Positions 12,801-24,900 of a stretch of 64,000 nucleotides of DNA are shown here, piece after piece. Both the position numbers and the translations under genes were made by a program. How positions within the stretch are numbered: position 1 is the first letter of the stretch; each line of letters opens with the position of its first letter. This DNA is from Owenia fusiformis (Eukaryota). The DNA is taken from NCBI GenBank assembly GCA_903813345.2, contig CAIIXF020000001.1, positions 26,908,001-26,972,000 of the forward strand. The letters run 5' to 3'. The notes beneath the pieces are model-generated. The model searched no databases. It was not told the origin of the DNA and worked only from the letters and a program-made list of their open reading frames with translations.

Positions 12801-15800
12801 TTTTCTCAACTGGGTGCAAATTCTCATGATACCTTTTCTGTCGAAGAATATCCAAAACTGATCAGAATTCAGTGTTTTCAGTTTCACTTCCAAAATTTTA
12901 AAAGAGACTTCAGTTAGAGCTTGGATTTTTCAATTTCTTTACTATAGGTACTTAGCACCCACTTGCTCAAATGATAAAAGATACTCTAACTAACATATGA
13001 CTTACTTCTGATACTCTGTAGTTCCTCTACAGCTATATCCACCCATTTCTCTAGTAATGATGTGTAATATTCCCTCTGGAAATACAGCTTTCTGCTTTCA
13101 AACAAATACAAGTTTTATAAACATGTTCATTTCAGATTGTGAAATAAAATTTTATAGTCATTTGTTGCGATATTTCTGTAACCAACCTTGTTACCAGTTA
13201 GCATGGTTACGACGGATACCAGTTACCATGGTTATGACGGATACATTTTGTTAATGGGAGTTCCACTTCCATCAAGCAATCACAATTTTCAAAATCTATA
13301 GCTTCTGAAGCAATTTGAAGCACAGTGCAAAAATGAGCTAATGGGAATTTATCAAATATACTGTACCTTTTTCTCATCATCCACATGTTCCTGTTGTATA
13401 TATGTATACAATTCATTCAGCTTTGCCTCTCTGGCCTTTTGCTCCTTGAATCTTTTAATCTTGTTCTCTCTGCTGTTGACTTGACTCAGAAGGTCTGGTT
13501 TTCTGTAACATAAAATCAATCAAATTCCCAAACATGAATTTCCCAGGGATTTTTGACTTCTCTCATATATGGGTGCTCTTTGGAATGGGTTACAATGGGA
13601 ATTTCAATTTCAAAAGCACCCTTGGCGCTTTTTACGGTGAATATGGTAGTACTACAGTGCAGTAAAAGCAGTCTAAAGGATTTGATAACAACACTGAGAT
13701 TGATAGAACTTTCTCCTTTTTTCTTGATTTCCAAAATCTCAACTTAATTGAAATGTATTTGTTTTCAACAGGGTGTTACTTTAATTGAAGTTTCAACCTT
13801 TTTTTCCAAGAGTGTACATGTTTACTGAATTTTTTCTTTTGAGTACATGTACTTTATTTGAATGTAAGCTCTAACTTACCCCATATTGCTAGCTGAGTCT
13901 CCTGATTGTAAAAATGTGGAAGGATCTATTGATGTGACATTATACGACTTGCAGAGCTTCAGAAAGTCAACATAACACAACTAAAACAAGAAAAATAAAA
14001 AATCATCAAAGCACACTAGTATTACATACATGTACAACATGTAGTTATTGCTAGTGTAATTTAAACATAAGGCAATAATAACATAAATATTGGATATTTA
14101 ATGCTCAGTGGAACAGCTTTAAGATTCATTTGGACATAATACTATTTTGTAAGACTTGCCTACGTATTAATGTAAAAACATATCCAAACATATTGACCAG
14201 ATTACAGTGATCCTGTCATGATCAGATATGAGAATATTGAGTGAATCAGCATTTTAAATCTACAGGACTAAGTTTGTCAGAATGAATATTAGCCCTACCT
14301 GAGCATCTTGCAGTGTTTGTTTCCTTTCTCCATCTATTTGTTTCAGGGTAAAGTATCCATACAGTGCAGATAAGAGCATGTATCTGTAAAATAATCATAT
14401 ATTATTACAATATTTTAATACCATATCACCAGTGATTTCATTGGATTTTTCTAGACGTTTCTCTTTGAATGCATGCACTTTCATGCCCATTTTGAATCAT
14501 CAGAAAAAGGTGCCGCCACCAAGCAATTGTCTCCAAAGCCAAAAAAGGTATTTTTCCAATCATTTTCTCATTGCTATCAATCAGGGAAGTGGTTTGTGAT
14601 TGAGAAGATATTTGTACAGGAATGAAACATCTTAAACTTGAAGAACAGCATGTCAGTCTATGGATGAAATGAGGCATTCCAAATGTACAACTCACTTTAT
14701 TTCATTAGATGCAACCTCTTCTATGTCCTCATTAGTGCTGAACAGTCCTAGTTTGTTTACCATGAATACTGCCTTTTCTGCATCAGGAATCCCCGTCTTC
14801 ACCTTATCCTATAAAGTAAAACATTGTAAACATTATGTTGTACATTTGTATCCATCAAGATACATTTATACAGGGTCATCTAGTTACAATCCCATCTCTT
14901 TGTTCTGGCCTTGTTAGTTTGTTTCCAACAGACTGAATGAGATTCAGTTTGAATACTTTTCAGACTAAATACTGTAGAATATAGTCTAGGGTACTCTCAG
15001 GCCCGTAGCCAGGGGGGGGGGGGTTCGCAGGGTTAGGGTGAACCCCCCCCCCCCCTGGCCAAAAATTGTTTCAAAATCTTGCAGTTTTTGACCATTTTGA
15101 GCTCTTCTCAAGTGATTTTAGCCTAATTTGGGCCAAAATTGTCAAATGTGAACCCCCCCTGGAAATTTTTGAAAATTGAACCCCCCTTGGCAAATCCTGG
15201 CTACGGGCCTGACTCTAGTCAACTTAGTACGAGATAACCATCACCCTTGTGACCGTCAAATGTCTCAATATAATCATGGTCTAGTTGAAAGCCCATGATA
15301 TAATAAATACTCGGCCAAGAAAACAGGGCCTTTTGGATATAAAAATGTAAAAGCATACTTACTATAATATTAGCCATTAAATTATTTCAATTACAGATCT
15401 ATAACATACAGTTGGGGACAAAAATAAATGACAGGTCGATTTTCGATCACCATTTCCTAATTATGGTGGTCTGAAAGCCCATAATTTCCAATATTGTCTA
15501 GATACATATCCCTTAAAATTTGTATATTTTACATTTTGTATAATCTCATCCACTGATTTATGGCCTCTTGTAAATTCTCTTATTTTTAACATGGGAAATC
15601 CTCACTTCAGCAAATCCACCTGTCATTTATTTATGTCCCCAGCTGTATTTTAGAGATTTACAAATTGCCAGTGCCATTGCATTTGCAATGTCATGTGTTT
15701 CAACATCAAAGAGTTGTAGACCAATCATCGAAATAATGGCTAAAAACTTGTATTGAAAACATACCTGATATTGAGTTGATACCGTTGGATCATCAGTTGA

Positions 15801-15875
15801 GTCTAGGTATTGGTATACTTTCCAGCAATCATCGAATATTTCAGGTAGTTTCCGGGTATCTACAGAACTTGCCAT
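9811..15875 (-). CDS. IGBP1: Immunoglobulin-binding protein 1 (alpha4/TAP42, PP2A regulator), 10 coding exons, 345 aa
   Basis: Exons 15875-15765, 14808-14696, 14383-14299, 13980-13880, 13502-13367, 13075-13006, 12615-12527, 12311-12175, 11790-11636, 9851-9811; all GT-AG and phase-consistent. Motifs LGLFSTNEDIEEV, RENKIKRFK, PFILTKDALQAQVFGLGYPS, KARDWDNWTDEHRRGWGN. Confidence 0.95.
10117..11630. mobile_element. Helentron-associated (HINE/DINE-1-like) non-autonomous element carrying a 162 bp satellite array, in IGBP1 intron 9
   Basis: Subterminal inverted repeats tgtccccacca / tggtggggaca, about 6 copies of a 162 bp unit (gtagacaagac at 10513, 10675, 10837), (GACA/GACG)n microsatellite 11525-11580, terminal hairpin, A/T-run end. 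Confidence 0.8.
14998..15211. mobile_element. 214 bp MITE in IGBP1 intron 1
   Basis: 16 bp TIR caggcccgtagccagg / cctggctacgggcctg; 5 bp TSD actct. Confidence 0.9.
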
Positions 15876-15964
15876 TTTGTCTAATCTCGTGCACTGAGTT
15901 ACGAGAATTGATTCTTCACCATTCACTAACACAGTACCATGTGACTTTTAACGCGAGATCTGAC
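15876..15964. promoter_or_regulatory. Compact bidirectional promoter between IGBP1 and FMC1
   Basis: 89 bp between divergent ATGs; E-box-like catgtg, cgcgaga, and a YY1-like acatggcggc overlapping the FMC1 start. Confidence 0.7.
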
Positions 15965-18900
15965 ATGGCGGCCCAAAACACAAATGTTCGCATTTTGCGG
16001 AGATTAATTCGAGAATTAAGACACATCAGTGGCAAGGTAAGTTAGATAGTTCATTTAAGATATAACATATCTCACTGACTTTGTATGTCATAAGTTTTTT
16101 TTATACTGTTAAGGTATCATTGCTAATTTTCTTCCAAAAGTTATGAAAATCGTTGAGCTTTTTTTAGAAATAAATCCGAAATGGTCTAAATTTCTCAATT
16201 TCATAAGAATCTCGCCATGAAATTGGAATTTCATGAACGAGATGTAGCTGAGATTTTATACATTGCCGTTGCTCGCAACCAATCAGCGTTTCAACCTCAT
16301 TAATATTCATTAATAATGTAACAAACTAGCCGATTTGTGGTAGTGTGAGGGCTAGGTTACTTTGGGATTTCTTGGTACACGTTAAATGTACTTGTGTTTT
16401 ACAGTAATTACAACACGACAAACAATATAGATTTATTTCACATATATTATAACATTAATTATAGACAAATAAATTCAAAATGTCCAAATAAACTTGTTGT
16501 TGTTAATTATATACACCCACTCTCTGGTACAATAATAGTTCAAAGTAGAATTCTATTCAAAGTTCACAGTGGCCAAACTGAATCCCAATGATGACTGTAA
16601 TGCTGGCCTGGGTGCAAGGGTTACTTGAGGTTCCTGGTTAGTAGAGTCCCCTTCAGTCCTCATACACACACGGATGCATATAATCGCGATCAAACAGGTC
16701 ACTATGAATAAAACACTGACTAGGACTAAGGCGAAGAAAGGAACATCCAATTCCATGAATTAGGTCTATGAAGGCTGGACACCACGTCTGTAAGCTCTAT
16801 GCTGGGGATAGCTTCACCCTCTTGAAGTGCTGTCCAGTCCTGTAGATTCCCACGCAGCAAATCGACTTAGTTCTTCAGATAGCAGAAAACTTCTAAGTTT
16901 TGTAGATCCAAAATATCAGCTAAGTTTTGCAGTTAGCAAAAACGACTAAGTTTTGTAGTTCCAAAAATTCCTCTAATAAGCCAATAAATTCATCCAGGTT
17001 GTCACATCAATGGCTTATAATCATCAATGGCTACTTCATCAGGCTAAGAGAAGTCAATAGTCAATAGTCAATGGTCAGTCATCCCATGTAGCAGATCGAC
17101 TATGTTCTTCAGATAGCAGAAAACTTCTAAGTTTTGTAGATCCAAAATATCAGCTAAGTTTTGCAGTTAGCAAAAATGACTAAGTTTTGTAGTTCCAAAA
17201 ATTCCTCTAATAAGCCAATAAATTCATCCAGGTTTTCACAGCAATGGCTTATAATCATCAGTTGCTACTTCATCAGGCTAAGAGAAGTCAATAGTCAATA
17301 GTCAATGGTCAGTCATCCCATGTAGCAGATCGACTATGTTCTTCAGATAGCAGAAAACTTCTAAGTTTTGTAGATCCAAAATATCAGCTAAGTTTTGCAG
17401 TTAGCAAAAACGACTAAGTTTTGTAGTTCCAAAAATTCCTCTAATAAGCCAATAAATTCATCCAGGTTGTCACATCAATGGCTTATAATCATCAATGGCT
17501 ACTTCATCAGGCTAAGAGAAGTCAATAGTCAATGGTCAGTCATCCCATGTAGCAAATCGACTAAGTTCTTCAGATAGCAGAAAACTTCTAAGTTTTGTAG
17601 ATCCAAAATATCAGCTAAGTTTTGCAGTTAGCAAAAACGACTAAGTTTTGTAGTTCCAAAAATTCCTCTAATAAGCCAATAAATTCATCCAGGTTTTCAC
17701 AGCAATGGCTTATAATCATCAGTTGCTACTTCATCAGGCTAAGAGAAGTCAATAGTCAATGGTCAGTCATCCCATGTAGCAGATCGACTATGTTCTTCAG
17801 ATAGCAGAAAACTTCTAAGTTTTGTAGATAGCAAAAATGACAAAGTTTTGTAGTTCAAACAATTCCTCTAGTAAGCCAATATTTTCATCTAGGTTGTCAC
17901 ATCAATGGCTTATAATCATCAATGGCTACTTCATCAGGCTAAGAGAAGTCAATAGTCAATAGTCAATGGTCAGTCATCCCATGTAGCAGATCGACTATGT
18001 TCTTCAGATAGCAGAAAAACGACTAAGTTTTGCAGATAGCAAAAATGACAAAGTTTTATAGTTCCAGAAAACTGCCTAAGTTTTGTAGTTCCAAAAATCC
18101 CGTAAATCAGAGCCACATAGTCCCGTTCGTCAAAAGTCAATATGCTATCTGCTCCAACATCAGTGGCTTATAATCATCTAGGACTATCGGGCTAATAGTC
18201 AGCGAAAAACTTCCTAAGTTTTGTAGTTCCAGAAAATTCCTCTAATAAGCCAATAAATTCATCCAGGTTTTCACAGCAATGGCTTATAATCATCAGTTGC
18301 TACTTCATCAGGCTAAGAGAAGTCAATAGTCAATAGTCAATGGTCAGTCATCCCATGTAGCAGATCGACTATGTTCTTCAGATAGCAGAAAACTTCTAAG
18401 TTTTGTAGATCCAAAATATCAGCTAAGTTTTGCAGTTAGCAAAAACGACTAAGTTTTGTAGTTCCAAAAATTCCTCTAATAAGCCAATAAATTCATCCAG
18501 GTTGTCACATCAATGGCTTATAATCATCAATGGCTACTTCATCAGGCTAAGAGAAGTCAATAGTCAATGGTCAGTCATCCCATGTAGCAAATCGACTAAG
18601 TTCTTCAGATAGCAGAAAACTTCTAAGTTTTGTAGATCCAAAATATCAGCTAAGTTTTGCAGTTAGCAAAAACGACTAAGTTTTGTAGTTCCAAAAATTC
18701 CTCTAATAAGCCAATAAATTCATCCAGGTTTTCACAGCAATGGCTTATAATCATCAGTTGCTACTTCATCAGGCTAAGAGAAGTCAATAGTCAATGGTCA
18801 GTCATCCCATGTAGCAGATCGACTATGTTCTTCAGATAGCAGAAAACTTCTAAGTTTTGTAGATAGCAAAAATGACAAAGTTTTGTAGTTCAAACAATTC

Positions 18901-21900
18901 CTCTAGTAAGCCAATATTTTCATCTAGGTTGTCACATCAATGGCTTATAATCATCAATGGCTACTTCATCAGGCTAAGAGAAGTCAATAGTCAATAGTCA
19001 ATGGTCAGTCATCCCATGTAGCAGATCGACTATGTTCTTCAGATAGCAGAAAAACGACTAAGTTTTGCAGATAGCAAAAATGACAAAGTTTTATAGTTCC
19101 AGAAAACTGCCTAAGTTTTGTAGTTCCAAAAATCCCGTAAATCAGAGCCACATAGTCCCGTTCGTCAAAAGTCAATATGCTATCTGCTCCAACATCAGTG
19201 GCTTATAATCATCTAGGACTATCGGGCTAATAGTCAGCGAAAAACTTCCTAAGTTTTGTAGTTCCAGAAAACTTCCTAAGTTTTGTAGTTCAATAACTTC
19301 CCTCAATAAGCCATTTAATTCACCTAGAATCCAACACCAGTGGCTTATAATCATCTATGGTTACTACCTCAGGCTAATGAAGTTCAATTAGGCAAGTCAA
19401 TCATCCCATGCCATCCTTCAGTTAGCAGAAAACTTCCTAAGTTTTGTAGTTCCAAGAATCGTCTAAGTTTTGCAGTTAGCAAAAACGACAAAGTTTCATA
19501 GTTCCAAAGATTCCATAAACCCGAGCCACATAGTCCCGTTCGTCAAAAGTCAATGCGCAGAAAGCCCCCGAGTCACGTCCGCCACCGTATTTATACCCCA
19601 ACATGTATGTAACATGTGTTTTGCACACGAAACTATCTGCCTAACCAATCATAGCTCACGAGCGGCTGATGCAATACCTGGCCAGTCACTGGAATCCCAG
19701 CCAGGATATCACTAGTGCATAATTAATTAATATGATGCAATGATGACATAACTTTTGCAAAAAATTAGCTTCACCTAACAATCACGATCTCTGGTTTTTA
19801 ACACAGAACAAACATATATCTTGCAATTAACTAGCTAGATTAAGATATAAACTAGATAAATATAACAAAAACCAATCATCATTGGCTCTAATTATGGCGA
19901 AATTGCAAGGAAAAACGAGTTATTGAATGTAGGTCAACAGAGCTCTCTAATAGGAGGTGAGAAAATGCACACAAACGAAAGCAAAATAAATCTCCCAGAA
20001 AAGAGTAGTTTACACTATTCCCAGTACACCTAAAGTGTTCTATTCATAAATATAACTATATAAGCTGTCAACTGTGACTGGAAAACACTTTCCTACTGTC
20101 AAAACTGTCTAAAGTGCTAAAAAACGGCACTGGACTCCAAAAATAAAATTTTGAAAAATTGAAAAATTCGTTACACTCCTCCCAACCAATGATTTTGGTG
20201 TTAACAACACCAAGCCTAAGTTATAAAAAAAATAACGAATTTTTCCTAACTAGCTATTTCTTACACTTATAACTTATCTGGTTTGCTTAACCCCGGGGTT
20301 ATCTATCAGTCATTTTCGAGATGCGATGAGAGTTATCTAACAAACACATTAAACTCTGGTTTATCTCAAACCTTAACGATAAAAATCTAACTACTATGTA
20401 CAAAATTATCTTCACAAGTTTCAACTTGCAGCTAACTGCAATTCATACTCATCACAAAATTATTCTCATGCTAATTGCCTCGACATACTTAATATTACTC
20501 AAGGCTGTGCTTCCGAATAAGTGTTCATGGGAGGCAATCAACAATGATTCCTCCAATCATAATCTGTGTCACATCTCTGTCGGGGTCCTGAGTATTGCGA
20601 CCTATAGACTCTTGCTAGTGGGACCTTAATGGGACGAGTACTGGACGTACCTGGACCATTCTGTCCAACATCTCTCAGGCTTCCAGGAAATTCACTCAGT
20701 TTCCCTCGCTGGCTACATCTCTTCCCTCTGGATGGATGACTACCTGCTAAATCCAGAGCCACTCTCCTCGATGTGCTTTTGTATGTGCCTCCAACACGTA
20801 CCTGAGCCTCTCTAGAACTTCCTGATCTCATAGACATCTTACGCTGACCATAGTCTAATATGGCTCCTGCAGCAGCAAGGTAATCAGTACCTAAGATGCC
20901 ATCGAATTCAATATCTGCCACTACTACTTTCAAGTTCTCAACATGGCCACCAATGTTTATTCGAACATGTGCAACACCTTTTTGACTCAATGGTTCTCCA
21001 CCAGCTTGTATGATGACCCTATTTGATGGCTCAAGTCTTGGCCTCTTAAGTTCAGGCATCTTACGGTAGACCTCCGAGTTTATTATGGTACTAGCTGCTC
21101 CTGAATCAACTAGAAATGCAACATCTGTGTTGCAAACGGTTCCATGAGCCACTATCTTATTGGTGTGTTTGGAAGCCTTGACATCTTTACCCTGATGGGA
21201 TAGAAACTCAACTGTGGCTACCTGGCTGTGACTCTCTTGGGCTTCCTTAGCCCGCTCTTCAGCGTATTTTCTAGAGAAGCACTCGGCTATTCTATGTCCA
21301 GGCTTGTGGCAGTAAAAGCATTCCATTCTCTTGGGAGCTGGCCTTGACATCTCGGGCTCAGGCTTGTTCTGCTTGGACATTAATTCCATTATTTTTCCCA
21401 TTAGAGTTTCGATTTTATTCTCAAGGGCCATTAATTTTTTTTCATTCTCATCCTTGTCTTCAATGGCCATCACACGACTACACTTTGGTTTTTGTCCCTT
21501 CCTTATCTTTTCAGATTCCAGATAGGATTCCTCCTTAAGGGCTACTTCAATGGCCTGGTCCAAGGTATTACATTCCTTTGAATGTATTGCCCTTCGGATA
21601 TCCTCTTCTAATATGGACTGTTCAAAACTTCGTCGGGCAAGTCGATCCTGAGCAGTACGACTCATCTCTGGATAAGCCAGTGCAGTGAGCCTCCTTATGT
21701 CCTGGCCAAGAGTTTGCAGAGTTTCCTTAGGCTTTCGAATCCTGCTGACTAACTCTGCCTCATAAACCTCGGCCTTGCCACCCGGACCAAATCTCTTTTC
21801 AAGAGCCAAGAGGAGTTGGTCATAAGTATAACCATGTTCCATTTCCAGAACTATTTCCTGAGCAGGGCCTCTAAGACTCGTGGCCAAGAAATTTCTATTG

Positions 21901-24900
21901 TCTTCTTCTGACCAATGGTTTAAATCCCCGATAATTTCAAAGTAGGCTCTATAGTCCTGCCAAGCAGTGGACCCGTCATACACATCTGGTTTAATTCGGC
22001 TTTTACTGGAGGATCCAGAGTTCTCTGAGCCAAATTTGTCACATAGTTTAGAACACATCCTTATTAGCTCTGTGTTTAGATTGGGTTCAGTAGTATTTTC
22101 CCCTTTAACTACTGCTGTATCTTCCTCAGAATTAGCAGCTGACCCTAAAGAAGGTTTAAGGTCCTTCCCCACTTCCCTGCGACTCATACCACATGGTTTA
22201 GAAGTGGTGTATGTTACATTCACTCGTCCACCTTTGTCTTCTAAGGGCTTAGGCCTGGACATTATGTCATCTACATTTCGATTAATTGCCTGCGTACTGG
22301 GTTTCATATAAATCCTCTCCTGCCTCCGCAAACTCCATGGTTTCCTTGACCCTACAGTCAAGATATCAGGAGTGAAACCAGGCTCCGGCGGTGATTGAAA
22401 TGGATGTGCATGGTCCATTGAGCCAATCTCAGATTGAATGCTACTCTGTAGTTTTTCAACAATGGAAGTCTCTATGTTCTGTTGAAAATCTTTCATTTGT
22501 GTTTGCATTTCCTGTCTGTTGACTTCCACTCTCTGTGCAATCCTATTAATATTGTGGAGCTGAGCTTGTTGGGACTCCACTACTGTTTCTGCTAAACGCT
22601 GCATTTGTTTTTGCTGGTTTATCATTGTCTCACTTAACAGTTCAATTTTTGACTCAAGCTTACACTCCCTTATCCTTGAGTCAGGTTCCCTCCTAATTTC
22701 CTCACCCGGTCCTCCAAATTGCCTATCAGCTAAAGTGGAAGTGAGTGGGAACCTCTGTCTCCTTGGGGGTTCTCGTCTTGCCCCAGGTATTGGGTCAAAT
22801 GGGGTTTTAGCATCTGTGAAGGCAGCTCCAGTCCAATATCCAGAACTCGACTGACCAGGTAACCCCATTTTTTCAGTATCAGAATCAGAAGTGTCAGTTC
22901 TGGTGCCAGGATAAGGAAATGCCCATTTAGGGGACCCTTTCTTTTTATCAATATATTTCGGATCACGAACAGTCTCATCACCTGCTCCCGGATTATCTAT
23001 ATCCATTTTATCGGTCTTCAGAAAGACTGTTTTCTCACGTTCACTATCCCCCTTATTCTCTAAAGGTGGTGGAGGAGGAAGACCTGTCTCCTGTTCCATT
23101 TTGCTATGTTGTATCACAAAGTCTGCAGTCACAATATCCCACCGCTGCCACCAGTGTAACAAACTAGCCGATTTGTGGTAGTGTGAGGGCTAGGTTACTT
23201 TGGGATTTCTTGGTACACGTTAAATGTACTTGTGTTTTACAGTAATTACAACACGACAAACAATATAGATTTATTTCACATATATTATAACATTAATTAT
23301 AGACAAATAAATTCAAAATGTCCAAATAAACTTGTTGTTGTTAATTATATACACCCACTCTCTGGTACAATAATAGTTCAAAGTAGAATTCTATTCAAAG
23401 TTCACAGTGGCCAAACTGAATCCCAATGATGACTGTAATGCTGGCCTGGGTGCAAGGGTTACTTGAGGTTCCTGGTTAGTAGAGTCCCCTTCAGTCCTCA
23501 TACACACACGGATGCATATAATCGCGATCAAACAGGTCACTATGAATAAAACACTGACTAGGACTAAGGCGAAGAAAGGAACATCCAATTCCATGAATTA
23601 GGTCTATGAAGGCTGGACACCACGTCTGTAAGCTCTATGCTGGGGATAGCTTCACCCTCTTGAAGTGCTGTCCAGTCCTGTAGATTCCCACGCAGCAAAT
23701 CGACTTAGTTCTTCAGATAGCAGAAAACTTCTAAGTTTTGTAGATCCAAAATATCAGCTAAGTTTTGCAGTTAGCAAAAACGACTAAGTTTTGTAGTTCC
23801 AAAAATTCCTCTAATAAGCCAATAAATTCATCCAGGTTGTCACATCAATGGCTTATAATCATCAATGGCTACTTCATCAGGCTAAGAGAAGTCAATAGTC
23901 AATAGTCAATGGTCAGTCATCCCATGTAGCAGATCGACTATGTTCTTCAGATAGCAGAAAACTTCTAAGTTTTGTAGATCCAAAATATCAGCTAAGTTTT
24001 GCAGTTAGCAAAAATGACTAAGTTTTGTAGTTCCAAAAATTCCTCTAATAAGCCAATAAATTCATCCAGGTTTTCACAGCAATGGCTTATAATCATCAGT
24101 TGCTACTTCATCAGGCTAAGAGAAGTCAATAGTCAATAGTCAATGGTCAGTCATCCCATGTAGCAGATCGACTATGTTCTTCAGATAGCAGAAAACTTCT
24201 AAGTTTTGTAGATCCAAAATATCAGCTAAGTTTTGCAGTTAGCAAAAACGACTAAGTTTTGTAGTTCCAAAAATTCCTCTAATAAGCCAATAAATTCATC
24301 CAGGTTGTCACATCAATGGCTTATAATCATCAATGGCTACTTCATCAGGCTAAGAGAAGTCAATAGTCAATGGTCAGTCATCCCATGTAGCAAATCGACT
24401 AAGTTCTTCAGATAGCAGAAAACTTCTAAGTTTTGTAGATCCAAAATATCAGCTAAGTTTTGCAGTTAGCAAAAACGACTAAGTTTTGTAGTTCCAAAAA
24501 TTCCTCTAATAAGCCAATAAATTCATCCAGGTTTTCACAGCAATGGCTTATAATCATCAGTTGCTACTTCATCAGGCTAAGAGAAGTCAATAGTCAATGG
24601 TCAGTCATCCCATGTAGCAGATCGACTATGTTCTTCAGATAGCAGAAAACTTCTAAGTTTTGTAGATAGCAAAAATGACAAAGTTTTGTAGTTCAAACAA
24701 TTCCTCTAGTAAGCCAATATTTTCATCTAGGTTGTCACATCAATGGCTTATAATCATCAATGGCTACTTCATCAGGCTAAGAGAAGTCAATAGTCAATAG
24801 TCAATGGTCAGTCATCCCATGTAGCAGATCGACTATGTTCTTCAGATAGCAGAAAAACGACTAAGTTTTGCAGATAGCAAAAATGACAAAGTTTTATAGT

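Larger units (their letters stand above)
16317..20175 (-). repeat. 3' LTR, 3859 bp
   Basis: Direct repeat of 23155-27013 at a constant 6838 bp offset; ORF-track translations of both copies are identical. Confidence 0.95.

Noticed and set aside
17225-17285. Hammerhead ribozyme (retrozyme) in the LTR repeat unit
   Set aside because: The minus strand has CUGAUGA, a possible stem II and GAAA in one variant, but I could not build stems I and III, and the alternate variant has GACA. An Infernal search with Rfam hammerhead models would settle it.
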